Of a stretch of 64,000 nt of DNA, positions 37,541 to 47,097 are shown one piece after another (positions within the stretch are counted from its first letter, which is position 1; every line of letters starts with the position of its first letter). The translations under genes and the position numbers were made by a program. The notes beneath the pieces are model-generated. The model worked only from the letters and a program-made list of their open reading frames with translations, did no database searches and had not been told where the DNA came from. The stretch is taken from contig MHAC01000008.1 of NCBI GenBank assembly GCA_001804565.1, positions 3,446 through 67,445 on the forward strand, written 5' to 3'. The DNA is from Ignavibacteria bacterium GWF2_33_9. GTDB lineage: Bacteria > Bacteroidota > Ignavibacteria > Kapaibacteriales > UBA2268.

Positions 37541-37700
37541 CGGCTTATTTTCAAACTTCTTAAGCCAAACTTGAGGGCAAGTTTTTGCTGAGGTGGGGGT
37601 AAAGCAAACTTCATTAAACAAGGCTTAAGAACCAAATGTTAGTTTGCACCCCTACGTATATCGAAAGCAAACTCACAATTCATTTTAAATAAATCCCGAA
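37541..37700 (-). promoter_or_regulatory. conserved structured 5' leader/promoter element (copy A) upstream of the Cys-rich T9SS gene
   Basis: About 75% identical to 46620-46770 over about 150 nt. Shared blocks are CATTAAACAAGGCTTAAGA and AGTTTGCA(A/C)CCC. The CTTAAGCC...GGCTTAAG inverted repeat and the ACTTG-loop-CAAGT hairpin are conserved, with a different loop in each copy. Confidence 0.55.
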
Positions 37701-38450
37701 TAATTTTGAAATTGAAATTACTTTGGCAATTATTATTTTTCCTGTAATTACAATCTGATTTTTGCTCATATTTTTTTGGGATTTTGATACAATAAAATTC
37801 GTCTGATTCGTCTCTACGTAAGCATATAAGCCCATCTTGTGTCCTTTTCAGAATATACTTCATGCAATATATTTATTGAAGAAATCATTTTCAATTCTTA
37901 AATATATTTTTCATCTATTAAAAAAATTTCTATGCAAATTACAAAGAAAAAAGAAATAAATAACAACATATTTAAAATATTTTTTCAAATTGCAATCCTT
38001 CCTATATACTAAACACCAAAAATAGCCAAAAATTACACTTGAGATGAAAAAATACTATTGAAAATAGTCCAAAAGGGGTAGAGACTTCGCATGCTACGTC
38101 TTTTAAATGCAATTTAAATTTCACTATTTCTAGTACCTCTATACAGTTCAGAATGACTTACAAATAAAAGTCCCTCACTTTAGGGAGAGGGATTAAGGGA
38201 AAAGTCGAATTTTATAACAGTTTGTTCCCCGTGTCAAGCACGGAAAGACAGTGACATCGTCCCCCTTTTTAATCACTTTTACTTTTCCTGATTTCTTCTG
38301 TAACAAATTCACTCTGAATAAATACTGGAAATTGAAGGACAAATATAATAATTTAAATAAATTGCTGATATATAAACAAAATATGCAATATAAACAAAAT
38401 ATTTCGTTATTATCGTCTTTTAAGTATTGATAATTCAAATACATAAATAT

Positions 38451-40727
38451 ATGAAAAAAATCCTATTTCTCCTTATTTTAATTTCATTTGAATATACAGC
38501 ATATTCTCAAAATCAGGGAATCATTAGCGGAAAAGTAACCGATAAATTAAATAATAAAACTCTTTCCGGTATTAACGTGAGAGTGATTGGTACTAAGTTT
38601 GGTGCCGTAACCAGTAAAGATGGTGAATTTTCGATTAAGAATCTGTCACCGGGATTTTACACACTTCAAATTAGTGGAATTGGTTATGCACCCCATACTG
38701 AAACAAATATTTCAGTTAATAATACTAAACCCACTACCCTAAATATAGAATTAACCGAAATCGTAATTCAAACAAAAGGTGTGGAAGTTATTGCAGATTA
38801 TTTCGATAGAACAATTGAAACTTCAGCAAGTTCTCAAAGTCTTAATTCGCAAGATGTCCGCAGAGCACCGGGGGTACAGGAAGATATAATTAGAGCGACT
38901 CAACTTTTGCCGGGTGTTGGCATCAGTTCTGCCGGAAGGAACGATTTAGTAGTGAGGGGCGGAGCTCCCTTCGAGAATTTATTTGTAGTAGATAATTTCG
39001 AGGTCCCAAATATTAATCACTTTGGGACACAGGGTTCAACCGGCGGTCCACTGGCTTTGATTAATATAGATTTTGTTGAAAATGTTGATTTTTCATCAGG
39101 AGCATTTTCTTCCTATTACGGAGACAAAACTTCATCATTTACTAATATTCGTTTAAGAAATGGCAATCAGGAAAAATTCGGTGGTCAATTGAATTTATCA
39201 GCTACAGGATTTGGTTTGAACTTCGAAGGACCAGTAAACGACAAAGGAAGTTATTGGTTTAGTGCCAGACGCAGTTATCTTGATTTTATCTTCAAAGCAG
39301 CTGGATTTGCCTTTATACCTGAATATTGGGATTTTCAAGGAAAATTTAATTTCAATATAAATTCCAAAAATCAGATCTCTTTTCTGGCAATTACAGCACT
39401 GGATTATGTAACTCTCAATAATGAAACAGATGATCAGCTCTATAGTAATAGTAAAGTTGCGGCTCCAAATCAGAAGCAATATTTCTCGGCAATTACCTGG
39501 AAGCATTTCTTCGAAAAAGGTTATATGAATACAACTCTTGGCGAAACTCTTTCTCTCTATGAAGTTACTCAGAACGATTCACTTGGTTTGCCAATTTTCA
39601 CGAATAATTCCAAGGAAGCCGAAACTGCTTTGAAATTCGATTTTTTCTTCCAGCTTACAAAAAGTCTTGACATTTCTTTTGGCAACCAATCGAAATTTGC
39701 ATCATCATTGGATTATGATATTGTTATTCCGGGTTATCTGAGATACGATACTGAAGGAACATTTTACCCATTTCAAATTGATACCTCATTTGTGAATTTC
39801 AAAAACGGCACTTATGTGAATCTAACCCAAAAAATTGGCAGTTTCCAATATAGTGCAGGTTTGCGTTATGATTACTATAATAATTTGGAGAATAATTCCT
39901 ACATATCTCCAAGATTTTTAATCGGATATCAAATTGATGGAAAAAGTTTTGCAAGCATAAGTGGTGGAACTTATTATCAATCTCCGTCATATATTTGGAC
40001 AATCGGGGATAAAATTAATTCAAAATTAAAGCCAATAAGATCGGACCAGATTGTTTTATCTTATCAGAGAACTATACGAAAAGATTTAAAATTCCAAATA
40101 GAATTGTACCAAAAATGGTATAAAGATTATCCTGCAAGATTATTCAGACCTTGGTCTGTGCTTTCTCCTTCAGGATTTGACGATATCACTTCCGATATCC
40201 CATACGGCATTGAACCACTTGTAAGTACTGGTATTGGATATTCCAGAGGAATGGAAGTCTTTTTGCAGAAGAAATTTAGTGATATTCCTCTTTACGGGTT
40301 GATGAGTTTTACTTTTAGTGATACAAAATTTAAATCATTGAAAGGTGACTACATTCAGGGAGCATACAATACTCCGATTGTTTTCAATCTTTCAGCGGGC
40401 TATCTTTTGGGAAAAACATGGGAAATTGCAGCAAAGTTCAGATATTCCTCCGGTTTGCCAATAACACCTTTTGATACGACAACCGGTAAATTGATTTTAG
40501 ATGAATACAATCAAGGTGGCAGAATGCCTGATTTTCATGCTTTGGACATAAGATTGGACAAAAGGTGGTCTTTCGGCCATTTTTCACTAGATACATATTT
40601 AGATATTCAAAATGTATATGGCAGAAAGAATGTAGCTGGATATAAATGGGATCCAAGAGAGAAAGAAGTTATCAAGCAGGAATCATTTGGAATTTTACCT
40701 AGTATTGGAATTAATTTTGAATTTTAG
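38451..40727 (+). CDS. TonB-dependent receptor (carboxypeptidase-regulatory-like N domain plus plug plus beta-barrel)
   Basis: Signal peptide MKKILFLLILISFEYTAYSQ. GKVTDKLNNKTLSGINVRVIGTKFGAVTSKDGEFSIKNLSPGFYTLQISGIGY is a CarbopepD_reg-like domain. Plug motif ...VVRGGAPFENLFVVDNFEVP. The beta-barrel ends ...GINFEF. Confidence 0.8.
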   Translation: MKKILFLLILISFEYTAYSQNQGIISGKVTDKLNNKTLSGINVRVIGTKFGAVTSKDGEFSIKNLSPGFYTLQISGIGYAPHTETNISVNNTKPTTLNIELTEIVIQTKGVEVIADYFDRTIETSASSQSLNSQDVRRAPGVQEDIIRATQLLPGVGISSAGRNDLVVRGGAPFENLFVVDNFEVPNINHFGTQGSTGGPLALINIDFVENVDFSSGAFSSYYGDKTSSFTNIRLRNGNQEKFGGQLNLSATGFGLNFEGPVNDKGSYWFSARRSYLDFIFKAAGFAFIPEYWDFQGKFNFNINSKNQISFLAITALDYVTLNNETDDQLYSNSKVAAPNQKQYFSAITWKHFFEKGYMNTTLGETLSLYEVTQNDSLGLPIFTNNSKEAETALKFDFFFQLTKSLDISFGNQSKFASSLDYDIVIPGYLRYDTEGTFYPFQIDTSFVNFKNGTYVNLTQKIGSFQYSAGLRYDYYNNLENNSYISPRFLIGYQIDGKSFASISGGTYYQSPSYIWTIGDKINSKLKPIRSDQIVLSYQRTIRKDLKFQIELYQKWYKDYPARLFRPWSVLSPSGFDDITSDIPYGIEPLVSTGIGYSRGMEVFLQKKFSDIPLYGLMSFTFSDTKFKSLKGDYIQGAYNTPIVFNLSAGYLLGKTWEIAAKFRYSSGLPITPFDTTTGKLILDEYNQGGRMPDFHALDIRLDKRWSFGHFSLDTYLDIQNVYGRKNVAGYKWDPREKEVIKQESFGILPSIGINFEF

Positions 40728-40844
40728 AAATATTTTTGTGATTTTCAATATTAAAAAAATATTTTTGAAATTTATTTTGTAGATTAAAAAAATCTTTGTA
40801 ATTTTGTATTCTATTCTAAACGTTCTTTAGAAAAAAAACGATTT

Positions 40845-40917
40845 GCCACTTTAGCTCAGTTGGTAGAGCAGCTGATTTGTAATCAGCCGGTCGGCGGTTC
40901 AAGTCCGTCAAGTGGCT
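40845..40917 (+). tRNA. tRNA-Thr (anticodon UGU)
   Basis: Manual fold: acceptor GCCACTT/AAGTGGC, D-stem GCTC/GAGC, anticodon stem GCTGA/TCAGC with loop TTTGTAA (anticodon TGT), T-arm GGCGG-TTCAAGT-CCGTC. CCA is not encoded. Confidence 0.85.
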
Positions 40918-41497
40918 CACTGAATAGAAAAAGCCCTCCAGTTATCTGGTGGGCTTTATTGTTTTATTGACTTCAATTTGGTTACGATTTAATTATCTTA
41001 TGATATTTCAATATTACCAAGTACTGCAGTTTTTTTGATAATTTGATAAAGGTCTAAAAATCTTTTTGCTCTATCATTAATTTTTGTATGCATTAAACCG
41101 CTTTCCGAGACTATTATAAATAGCTTATTAAAAAGATTATCATTATTTTTATATTCGTCAGAATTCAAGGTCATCCTACTTATTATTGTTTATTTTAATT
41201 TCCCTTAGAACTTCGAGAATCTCTCTTTTCTTAATTTCTTTCTGACATTCAAGTCGTTTCTTGTTTCCTACCAATGTACAATACTTGTCAGCAAGTTATT
41301 GCTTGTTCTTTTTATTTTATTTTTACAAAATTTGTCGATATTCTCCTTTTTTTCGACACTTTTGTCGACATTTATTAAAACATTGAAAGATTGAAATTAA
41401 TACAATTTCTTTAATATATAATACTTACTGCACTTGGCACGTTTTTTTATTGTTTAAAATCAATTATTTTTCAAAAATTTTTAAAAAAGGTAAAAAA

Positions 41498-42214
41498 ATG
41501 AAAAAGATTTTTGTTTCAACTATTGCATTATTTGTAATAGTGTTTTTGGTAGGCTGTTCAGATACAACATCACCTAATGAAGGTACTGTAAACGTTGTAA
41601 GTGAAATGTTGAATCCTTCAGTTAGTATTGTTCCTGTGAAATCAAAACTAAACAATGAAATACAGGCAAACGAAGTTGATTCGATTAAAATCACAAGTAT
41701 TAGGATTTTATTATCAGAAATGAAGCTACACTCAACTACGACTGATTCAACTGATGGTAAAGCACTAAAAACAACTCCATTCTTGTTCCATATTGATACT
41801 TTAGGAAATTTAATCCAACTAACTTCAACCTCAATTCCAGTAGGTTCGTATGAAAAGATAAAGTTGGAATTCCATAGATTTAGTTCGAGCGAAACTTCCC
41901 AATATGCAACTGACCCAGTTTTAAAGGATTTCGCAACTTCTGATCGTTATACTGTAATTATCAATGGAACATATTTCAAAAACAATTTACCAACGGATTT
42001 TACGTATAATTCGAAGATTACAGCCAATTTGACATTCAATTTTGTTCCATCAATTAATATTGAAGAAGGAGCAACTACAACAATTTCAATTCAAGTTGAT
42101 CCCACTCTTTTCTTCAAATTGAACGGGAGCATTCTTGATCCGACAAATTCAAAGAATTTCAGTGTTATAGAAAATGCTATCAAAAATTCAATAAAAGCTC
42201 AAAAACGTGCATAA
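41498..42214 (+). CDS. hypothetical lipoprotein
   Basis: MKKIFVSTIALFVIVFLVGCSD (lipobox LVGC), preceded by RBS-like AAAAAGGTAAAAAA. Ser/Thr-rich mature protein. Confidence 0.5.
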   Translation: MKKIFVSTIALFVIVFLVGCSDTTSPNEGTVNVVSEMLNPSVSIVPVKSKLNNEIQANEVDSIKITSIRILLSEMKLHSTTTDSTDGKALKTTPFLFHIDTLGNLIQLTSTSIPVGSYEKIKLEFHRFSSSETSQYATDPVLKDFATSDRYTVIINGTYFKNNLPTDFTYNSKITANLTFNFVPSINIEEGATTTISIQVDPTLFFKLNGSILDPTNSKNFSVIENAIKNSIKAQKRA

Positions 42215-42266
42215 TTCACCGAATTATTAAATTAACAAAATTTACAAAACTTAAAAAGGTGTCTTT

Positions 42267-43445
42267 ATGACAAATTCTATCTTAAAAATAATGATTATTG
42301 TTATTACTTTATCTTGTTCTTCACAAATTTTCGCACAGGAAAAAAATATTTCTATAGGATTAGGATTAGGTCTTTCACGTGGTGTGAACGAAGCTGATCC
42401 TATCGAAAAGCAAATTGGTCCTTTGTTTGGAATTTACGGGCTCTATAAAAATGGTTTTGGAGAAAATTTTACTCCTGAAGTTAGTATTTCATATTATCTC
42501 AATAGCACCAATGATATTGGTGGTATTTCCCAATACAAAACTTCTTTTTTTACTCCTGAATTAAGGGTAAGATATTATTTCCCAACTGACTGGGAAATAG
42601 AACCTTATGCTTTTTTAGGTTTAGGTGCAATGATCTATAATGTTCAAGATGTACCCATCAACGCAGATCCGGATTCCGAATCTGACGGCATTGCACTCAG
42701 CATACCAGCTGGTTTAGGATTTAGTTATTCTTTAAGCAGTAAATGGGCACTCGACCTGAATGGTTACTATAATTTTTCGACCACTGACAATTTAAATCCT
42801 GTTTGGGATGATATTCTAGATGGAAACTGGGCTGCTAGACTTGGTATTCATTATACTATATTAGAAATTCAAAAAGATACTGATGGGGATGGATTATCTG
42901 ATGAAGATGAAGCGAAATACGGTACTGATCCAAATAATCCTGATTCCGATAACGACGGTCTGAAAGATGGAAAAGAGATTAATAAATATAACACGAATCC
43001 TCTTGAAGCTGATTCTGACAATGGTGGAATAAAGGATGGAATTGAAGTTGTGAATGATGCAAACCCACTTGATGGCGATGATGATATAATGAGTATACCT
43101 GTCGGTGGGAATTTAATTACTAAAAATATTGAATTCGAAACTGGAAAAGCAACTCTTACTCCTTCTTCCGACAAAACCTTAAATAATGTTTTGACAGCAA
43201 TGAAGGCTGCTCCGGATATGGAACTACGTATTACAGGTCATACAGACGATACCGGAGAACGGGACCAGAATATCAAACTTTCTCAAGATCGGGCAGAAAC
43301 AGTTAAAGCATGGTTAGTGGCAAGAGGAATCTCGTCAAATAGGATTACAACTCGTGGGTTAGGTCCTGATGAGCCATTAGTACCTAATACAAGTGATGAA
43401 AATCGTCAGAAAAACAGAAGAGTTGAATTCAGTAGAGGCAAATAA
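42267..43445 (+). CDS. OmpA-family outer-membrane protein with thrombospondin type-3 (Ca-binding) repeats
   Basis: Signal peptide. N-terminal beta-barrel (ends ...GIHYTI). DTDGDGLSDEDE / DPNNPDSDNDGLKDGKE / DSDNGGIKDG are TSP3 repeats. C-terminal OmpA_C: ITGHTDDTGERDQNIKLSQDRAETVKAWLVARGI...NRRVEF. Confidence 0.8.
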   Translation: MTNSILKIMIIVITLSCSSQIFAQEKNISIGLGLGLSRGVNEADPIEKQIGPLFGIYGLYKNGFGENFTPEVSISYYLNSTNDIGGISQYKTSFFTPELRVRYYFPTDWEIEPYAFLGLGAMIYNVQDVPINADPDSESDGIALSIPAGLGFSYSLSSKWALDLNGYYNFSTTDNLNPVWDDILDGNWAARLGIHYTILEIQKDTDGDGLSDEDEAKYGTDPNNPDSDNDGLKDGKEINKYNTNPLEADSDNGGIKDGIEVVNDANPLDGDDDIMSIPVGGNLITKNIEFETGKATLTPSSDKTLNNVLTAMKAAPDMELRITGHTDDTGERDQNIKLSQDRAETVKAWLVARGISSNRITTRGLGPDEPLVPNTSDENRQKNRRVEFSRGK

Positions 43446-43481
43446 AACTAATAAATTTTTATTTTCAGTTTACATTACATT

Positions 43482-43507
43482 AATCCCCTATTTAGGGGAT
43501 TTTTTTA
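43482..43507. terminator. bidirectional intrinsic terminator
   Basis: AATCCCCTA-ttt-AGGGGATT followed by T7. Sits between convergent genes. Confidence 0.7.
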
Positions 43508-44287
43508 TTCCCCAATAAATTTCGGTTTTCTTTTTTCTTGGAATGCCCTCTTCCCTTCTAAGTAATCTTTGCTGTCATAAACCTTTCTCCGTAAGCCCTG
43601 AATTCTTTCGAATGTATCGGGCGAAATTGCACTCGAATCTCCCAAAATACGCAGTTGCTCTTTAATTACGGCTATACTCAGAGGAGAATTCTGAAGCATT
43701 TGCTCAGCAGTAAACATAGTGAATTCTTCGAGTTGTTCGATTGATGGAACAAGATGATTCAACACACCATAATGTTTTGCCTGATGTGCATTAATTGGCA
43801 ATGCAGTAAAAAACATTTCCTTTGCAAGATGTAAACCAACCATATTCACAAAATGCAGAACTCCGCTCGGATTGTAAGGCACACCAATCTTTGCAGGAGT
43901 AATGGCGAAAGAAGCTGTTTCGGTACCTATTAATAAATCGCAGACAAAAGCCAAATCGCAGGCACCACCCCAAACACTCCCTTCTATCATCCCGATAACC
44001 GGACCGGGATAATACTGAATAGCTCTTATGGTTTGCTCGATAGGTTCATTATAGGAAAGTGGGTCTCGGCCCGGTTCCGGCAATTCATCAATATCGAAGC
44101 CCGCTGACCATACTTTGACTCCGGGATTTGCTCTTATGATTACAACTCGAATCTTATGGAACTTAAAGTCATCTAAAGCAAGAATTATTTCGTAAAGCAT
44201 ATCCCTGCAAAGTGCATTTCTTTTTGCATCATTATTGAAAGTGATAATTCCAATTGAATTTTTAATGTGAGATTTGATATAATCCAT
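43505..44287 (-). CDS. enoyl-CoA hydratase/isomerase (crotonase) family protein, methylmalonyl-CoA decarboxylase (YgfG/ScpB)-like
   Basis: Crotonase fold motifs (VWSAGFDIDE, GSVWGGACDL). The C-terminal FERIQGLRRKVYDSKDYLEGKRAFQEKRKPKFIGE closely resembles what I recall of the E. coli YgfG C-terminus. Confidence 0.6.
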   Translation of the reverse strand: MDYIKSHIKNSIGIITFNNDAKRNALCRDMLYEIILALDDFKFHKIRVVIIRANPGVKVWSAGFDIDELPEPGRDPLSYNEPIEQTIRAIQYYPGPVIGMIEGSVWGGACDLAFVCDLLIGTETASFAITPAKIGVPYNPSGVLHFVNMVGLHLAKEMFFTALPINAHQAKHYGVLNHLVPSIEQLEEFTMFTAEQMLQNSPLSIAVIKEQLRILGDSSAISPDTFERIQGLRRKVYDSKDYLEGKRAFQEKRKPKFIGE

Positions 44288-44387
44288 AATTTCTAATTTG
44301 TTTTAATAAATAAATACAAAATTATGAATAGTAAAGGTAAATTTGATAATAATATTTTTATAGTTTAATCAGACCTATTCTATAAAC

Positions 44388-44415
44388 AAAAATCCCTCGA
44401 TAGAGGGATTTTTGT
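44388..44415 (-). terminator. intrinsic terminator for the upstream minus-strand operon
   Basis: AAATCCCTC-gat-AGAGGGATTT with flanking T/A runs. Confidence 0.7.
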
Positions 44416-44492
44416 TTTGTTGTCATTTCTGCGTATGTAGGAATCTATATATTTCTGTAGAGTTGCTCTCAGTCCTCTCTCTACATAACACT

Positions 44493-45734
44493 TTATAATT
44501 TCACGAATTTAATTATTTCTTTTTTATTTCCATAATCAAGTATTAAAATGTACTGACCAGAAATTAATCCTGAAATGTCTAATTGTAAATTATTTCCCGA
44601 GGTATATCCTTCCCAAAGTAATATTTCATTCCCTTTTAAATTTACAGCTGAGATTTTACCTGAAAATTCTTCTTTTAATTCCAATATTAAATTTGAATTT
44701 GCAGGATTTGGGAATGCCTTTATCTTACTTTCCGTAATTGTCTTAACAGAATTAAATATATTTTTATATTCCGTTCTTATTACACCGTATGTTTTAGAAC
44801 CGGCAAAGAGAAAATCACCTACTCTACAGAAAGAATTTATTCCATCGGAAATACCAATATAGTGCGATGTATATTCAGGCTCCCAAGTCTCACCGAAATC
44901 ATACGAAATATAAATACCATTATGATTTGTTCCTGCAAGAATAGTATTTCCCTCAACATAAACTGCATTAATTCTTTGTAAGGCTAAAGAATCAATAGGA
45001 GTAATTCTCACCCAATTTTCTCCCCAGTCATTTGACCTGCAAATACCTCCTCCAAAGGTTGAGGCATAAAGAAATCCTTCGAAATATTGTAATCCGTATA
45101 TTGCTTGAAAGCTTATACCATTATTTCTTTCGTGCCAGCTTTCACCATCATTCGAAGACATCCAAACTCCGATATTATTCATGCCAAGAAATATTTTATC
45201 ATCAATAATAAGAAATTTATTTGTAGTTAAATATTTCTTCCAATCCGGTAAATCAACAAAATTTTCTTTAATTTCCCAAGGTGTAGAATCTGAAATTTTT
45301 GAACGACTCAAACTAACTGTTCCACCAACAAAAACAAAATCGTCTTTGATTCCAACGATAGTTCTTAAGTTTAAAGATGAATCTCCAATTCCTTCAATAT
45401 ATTGACTCCAGTTATAGCCAAAGTCGGTTGACTTTAAAACGGGCTTGCGACTTGCAACTCCCACAAATACAACATTATCATTGGCTGCAATACTCATCGC
45501 ACCGGCAGTCATAAAATCGGTGTTGATGTACCATGTTTCTCCATGATCAGTACTTATGTCAAGATTCATGTTATCAGTCATGTATAAACGATTACCATAT
45601 AATGTTAACTGAACTGCTAACATAGATGTCCCATTTGGTGGATTTTTCTGTTGCCAAAATGGATTTGATAATAATGCGTAATGCGTGAAGGCAATAAATA
45701 AAATTACCCAATGCAGCAAATTTTTAGTTTTCAT
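44493..45734 (-). CDS. BNR/Asp-box repeat (Ycf48-like beta-propeller) protein with T9SS C-terminal sorting domain
   Basis: Signal peptide MKTKNLLHWVILFIAF. Asp-boxes STDHGETW, STDFGYNWS, SNDGESWH, SNDWGENW, SYDFGETW. CTD: KAFPNPANSNLILEL...GQYILILDYGNKKEIIKFVKL. Confidence 0.65.
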   Translation of the reverse strand: MKTKNLLHWVILFIAFTHYALLSNPFWQQKNPPNGTSMLAVQLTLYGNRLYMTDNMNLDISTDHGETWYINTDFMTAGAMSIAANDNVVFVGVASRKPVLKSTDFGYNWSQYIEGIGDSSLNLRTIVGIKDDFVFVGGTVSLSRSKISDSTPWEIKENFVDLPDWKKYLTTNKFLIIDDKIFLGMNNIGVWMSSNDGESWHERNNGISFQAIYGLQYFEGFLYASTFGGGICRSNDWGENWVRITPIDSLALQRINAVYVEGNTILAGTNHNGIYISYDFGETWEPEYTSHYIGISDGINSFCRVGDFLFAGSKTYGVIRTEYKNIFNSVKTITESKIKAFPNPANSNLILELKEEFSGKISAVNLKGNEILLWEGYTSGNNLQLDISGLISGQYILILDYGNKKEIIKFVKL

Positions 45735-45746
45735 CATCGCCTCCAT

Positions 45747-46553
45747 TTACCATAAAAACAGTGGATTAGTGCAACCGGCTGTACATTCTGAATTCATCAC
45801 CATTGTTACTGTATAAGTAATACCCAATATATCAACAGTATCATTTACAGATAAACAAGGTGGACCGGATGGATTAACCGGACATGGTTCTGATAGTTGA
45901 CTCGGTAATCGTTCCCATATAGTTTCATCGTATTGATTCTGGCAAAAGAGAAAATCTGTGTAACAACAAACTTCATCATTGCATATTTTAGGTACATATA
46001 CAACTGCATCAGGTTCGCCCGGTGCAGACAATCGTGCACCACATACTTTTTTACAACTTGCAATTGCATATTTCCTAAAACGCATTTTCTCGGGGCAAGG
46101 GAATTGGCTCTTAATACTTTGGAAAAGAACAGAGTCTAAATCCTTATATAAGGTTATTTCCAAGGCATCGTAATTTGATTGATCTAATGGATTATTGATA
46201 CATCCATTATCACTTGGAGGTGGTTCAGGTGGACCGGGATGTAAGAAACATATTAAATCAGGACAATCGTATATGTTTACTTTGATGTAATTTAGGTCAA
46301 TAAAAACAGTAGGTTCTGGGCAATCACATGTTTTCATCCTATAGAAAACTGTGATATCGCATGTAATTCCTTGAAAATTAACTGGTATTGTTATATTTCC
46401 TGTAGTTTCAATACTACAATTACTACACAATGCAAAATCTTGTTGATAACAAGAAGTAAATGGCCTTCCAAGACTTGTTTGAGAATAAACAAAACTACTC
46501 CCAAACATCAAAAGAAATGCAAATATGTAGTATATTTTTATAATGCGTTTCAT
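45747..46553 (-). CDS. cysteine-rich secreted protein (no CTD), immediately upstream of and zero-gap coupled to the BNR T9SS gene
   Basis: Signal peptide MKRIIKIYYIFAFLLMFGSSFVYSQ. 29 Cys residues (CDC, CPDLIC, CxxxC patterns). Pro-rich PGPPEPPPSD. Its stop abuts the ATG of the downstream gene. Confidence 0.55.
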   Translation of the reverse strand: MKRIIKIYYIFAFLLMFGSSFVYSQTSLGRPFTSCYQQDFALCSNCSIETTGNITIPVNFQGITCDITVFYRMKTCDCPEPTVFIDLNYIKVNIYDCPDLICFLHPGPPEPPPSDNGCINNPLDQSNYDALEITLYKDLDSVLFQSIKSQFPCPEKMRFRKYAIASCKKVCGARLSAPGEPDAVVYVPKICNDEVCCYTDFLFCQNQYDETIWERLPSQLSEPCPVNPSGPPCLSVNDTVDILGITYTVTMVMNSECTAGCTNPLFLW

Positions 46554-46619
46554 TTTTTTACCTTCAATTTAATTTATTCGTATTCTCTTTTCATTACGAA
46601 ATAGAGTTTAATTAAGTTA

Positions 46620-46770
46620 TACTCCAAACATCTTAAGTCTAAAACTTGATTTCAAGTTTTTACTGGAGTGGGTATCGCAAATTACATTAAACAAGGCTTA
46701 AGACGAAAATATAAGTTTGCAACCCTTTGTATTTCGAATTCATACTCACAATAGAGGACATACAGTTTAG
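46620..46770 (-). promoter_or_regulatory. conserved structured 5' leader/promoter element (copy B)
   Basis: Paralogous to 37541-37700 (see that entry). Lies 70-220 nt upstream of the 45747-46553 gene's ATG. Confidence 0.55.
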
Positions 46771-47011
46771 TGGTATATTGTGAAGTAAATTGTATATCTT
46801 GAAAATGATTTATTTTAAGGTTTGTTTCCTCATTTAAAACAATAATTGAAGAATCAAAGATTTTTTCTTTGATGAATTTAATAGGAGTTATTTTCGAAAT
46901 ATTATAATGTTTATTAGTAGGTTTTGCCCACTTTGACGGCTCAGCGGACATCTTATCGCTAATAATGAATAAAAATGCAGCTATTAAACAATATGTAAAA
47001 ACTCTTTTCAA
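46682..47011 (-). CDS. small secreted hypothetical protein (the ORF may in part reflect the conserved leader element)
   Basis: Signal peptide MKRVFTYCLIAAFLFIISDKMSA. Its C-terminal YCEYEFEIQRVAN is encoded by the conserved element, and the 37639-37863 ORF ends with the similar NCEFAFDIRRGAN. Confidence 0.3.
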   Translation of the reverse strand: MKRVFTYCLIAAFLFIISDKMSAEPSKWAKPTNKHYNISKITPIKFIKEKIFDSSIIVLNEETNLKINHFQDIQFTSQYTTKLYVLYCEYEFEIQRVANLYFRLKPCLM

Positions 47012-47097
47012 ATAATTCCATAATTTAATTAAAAAAAAAAGTAAAAAAGTACGGTTGAAAAATCAGCCGGACCTTCTAAATCAAATTGAAACAAATC

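Noticed and set aside
38193-38444. 83-aa minus-strand ORF
   Set aside because: It lies in the AT-rich promoter region of the TonB-dependent receptor and has low-complexity composition. Its hairpins (TCCCTC...GAGGGA, CCGTG...CACGG) at 38170-38270 are more likely regulatory or terminator structures.
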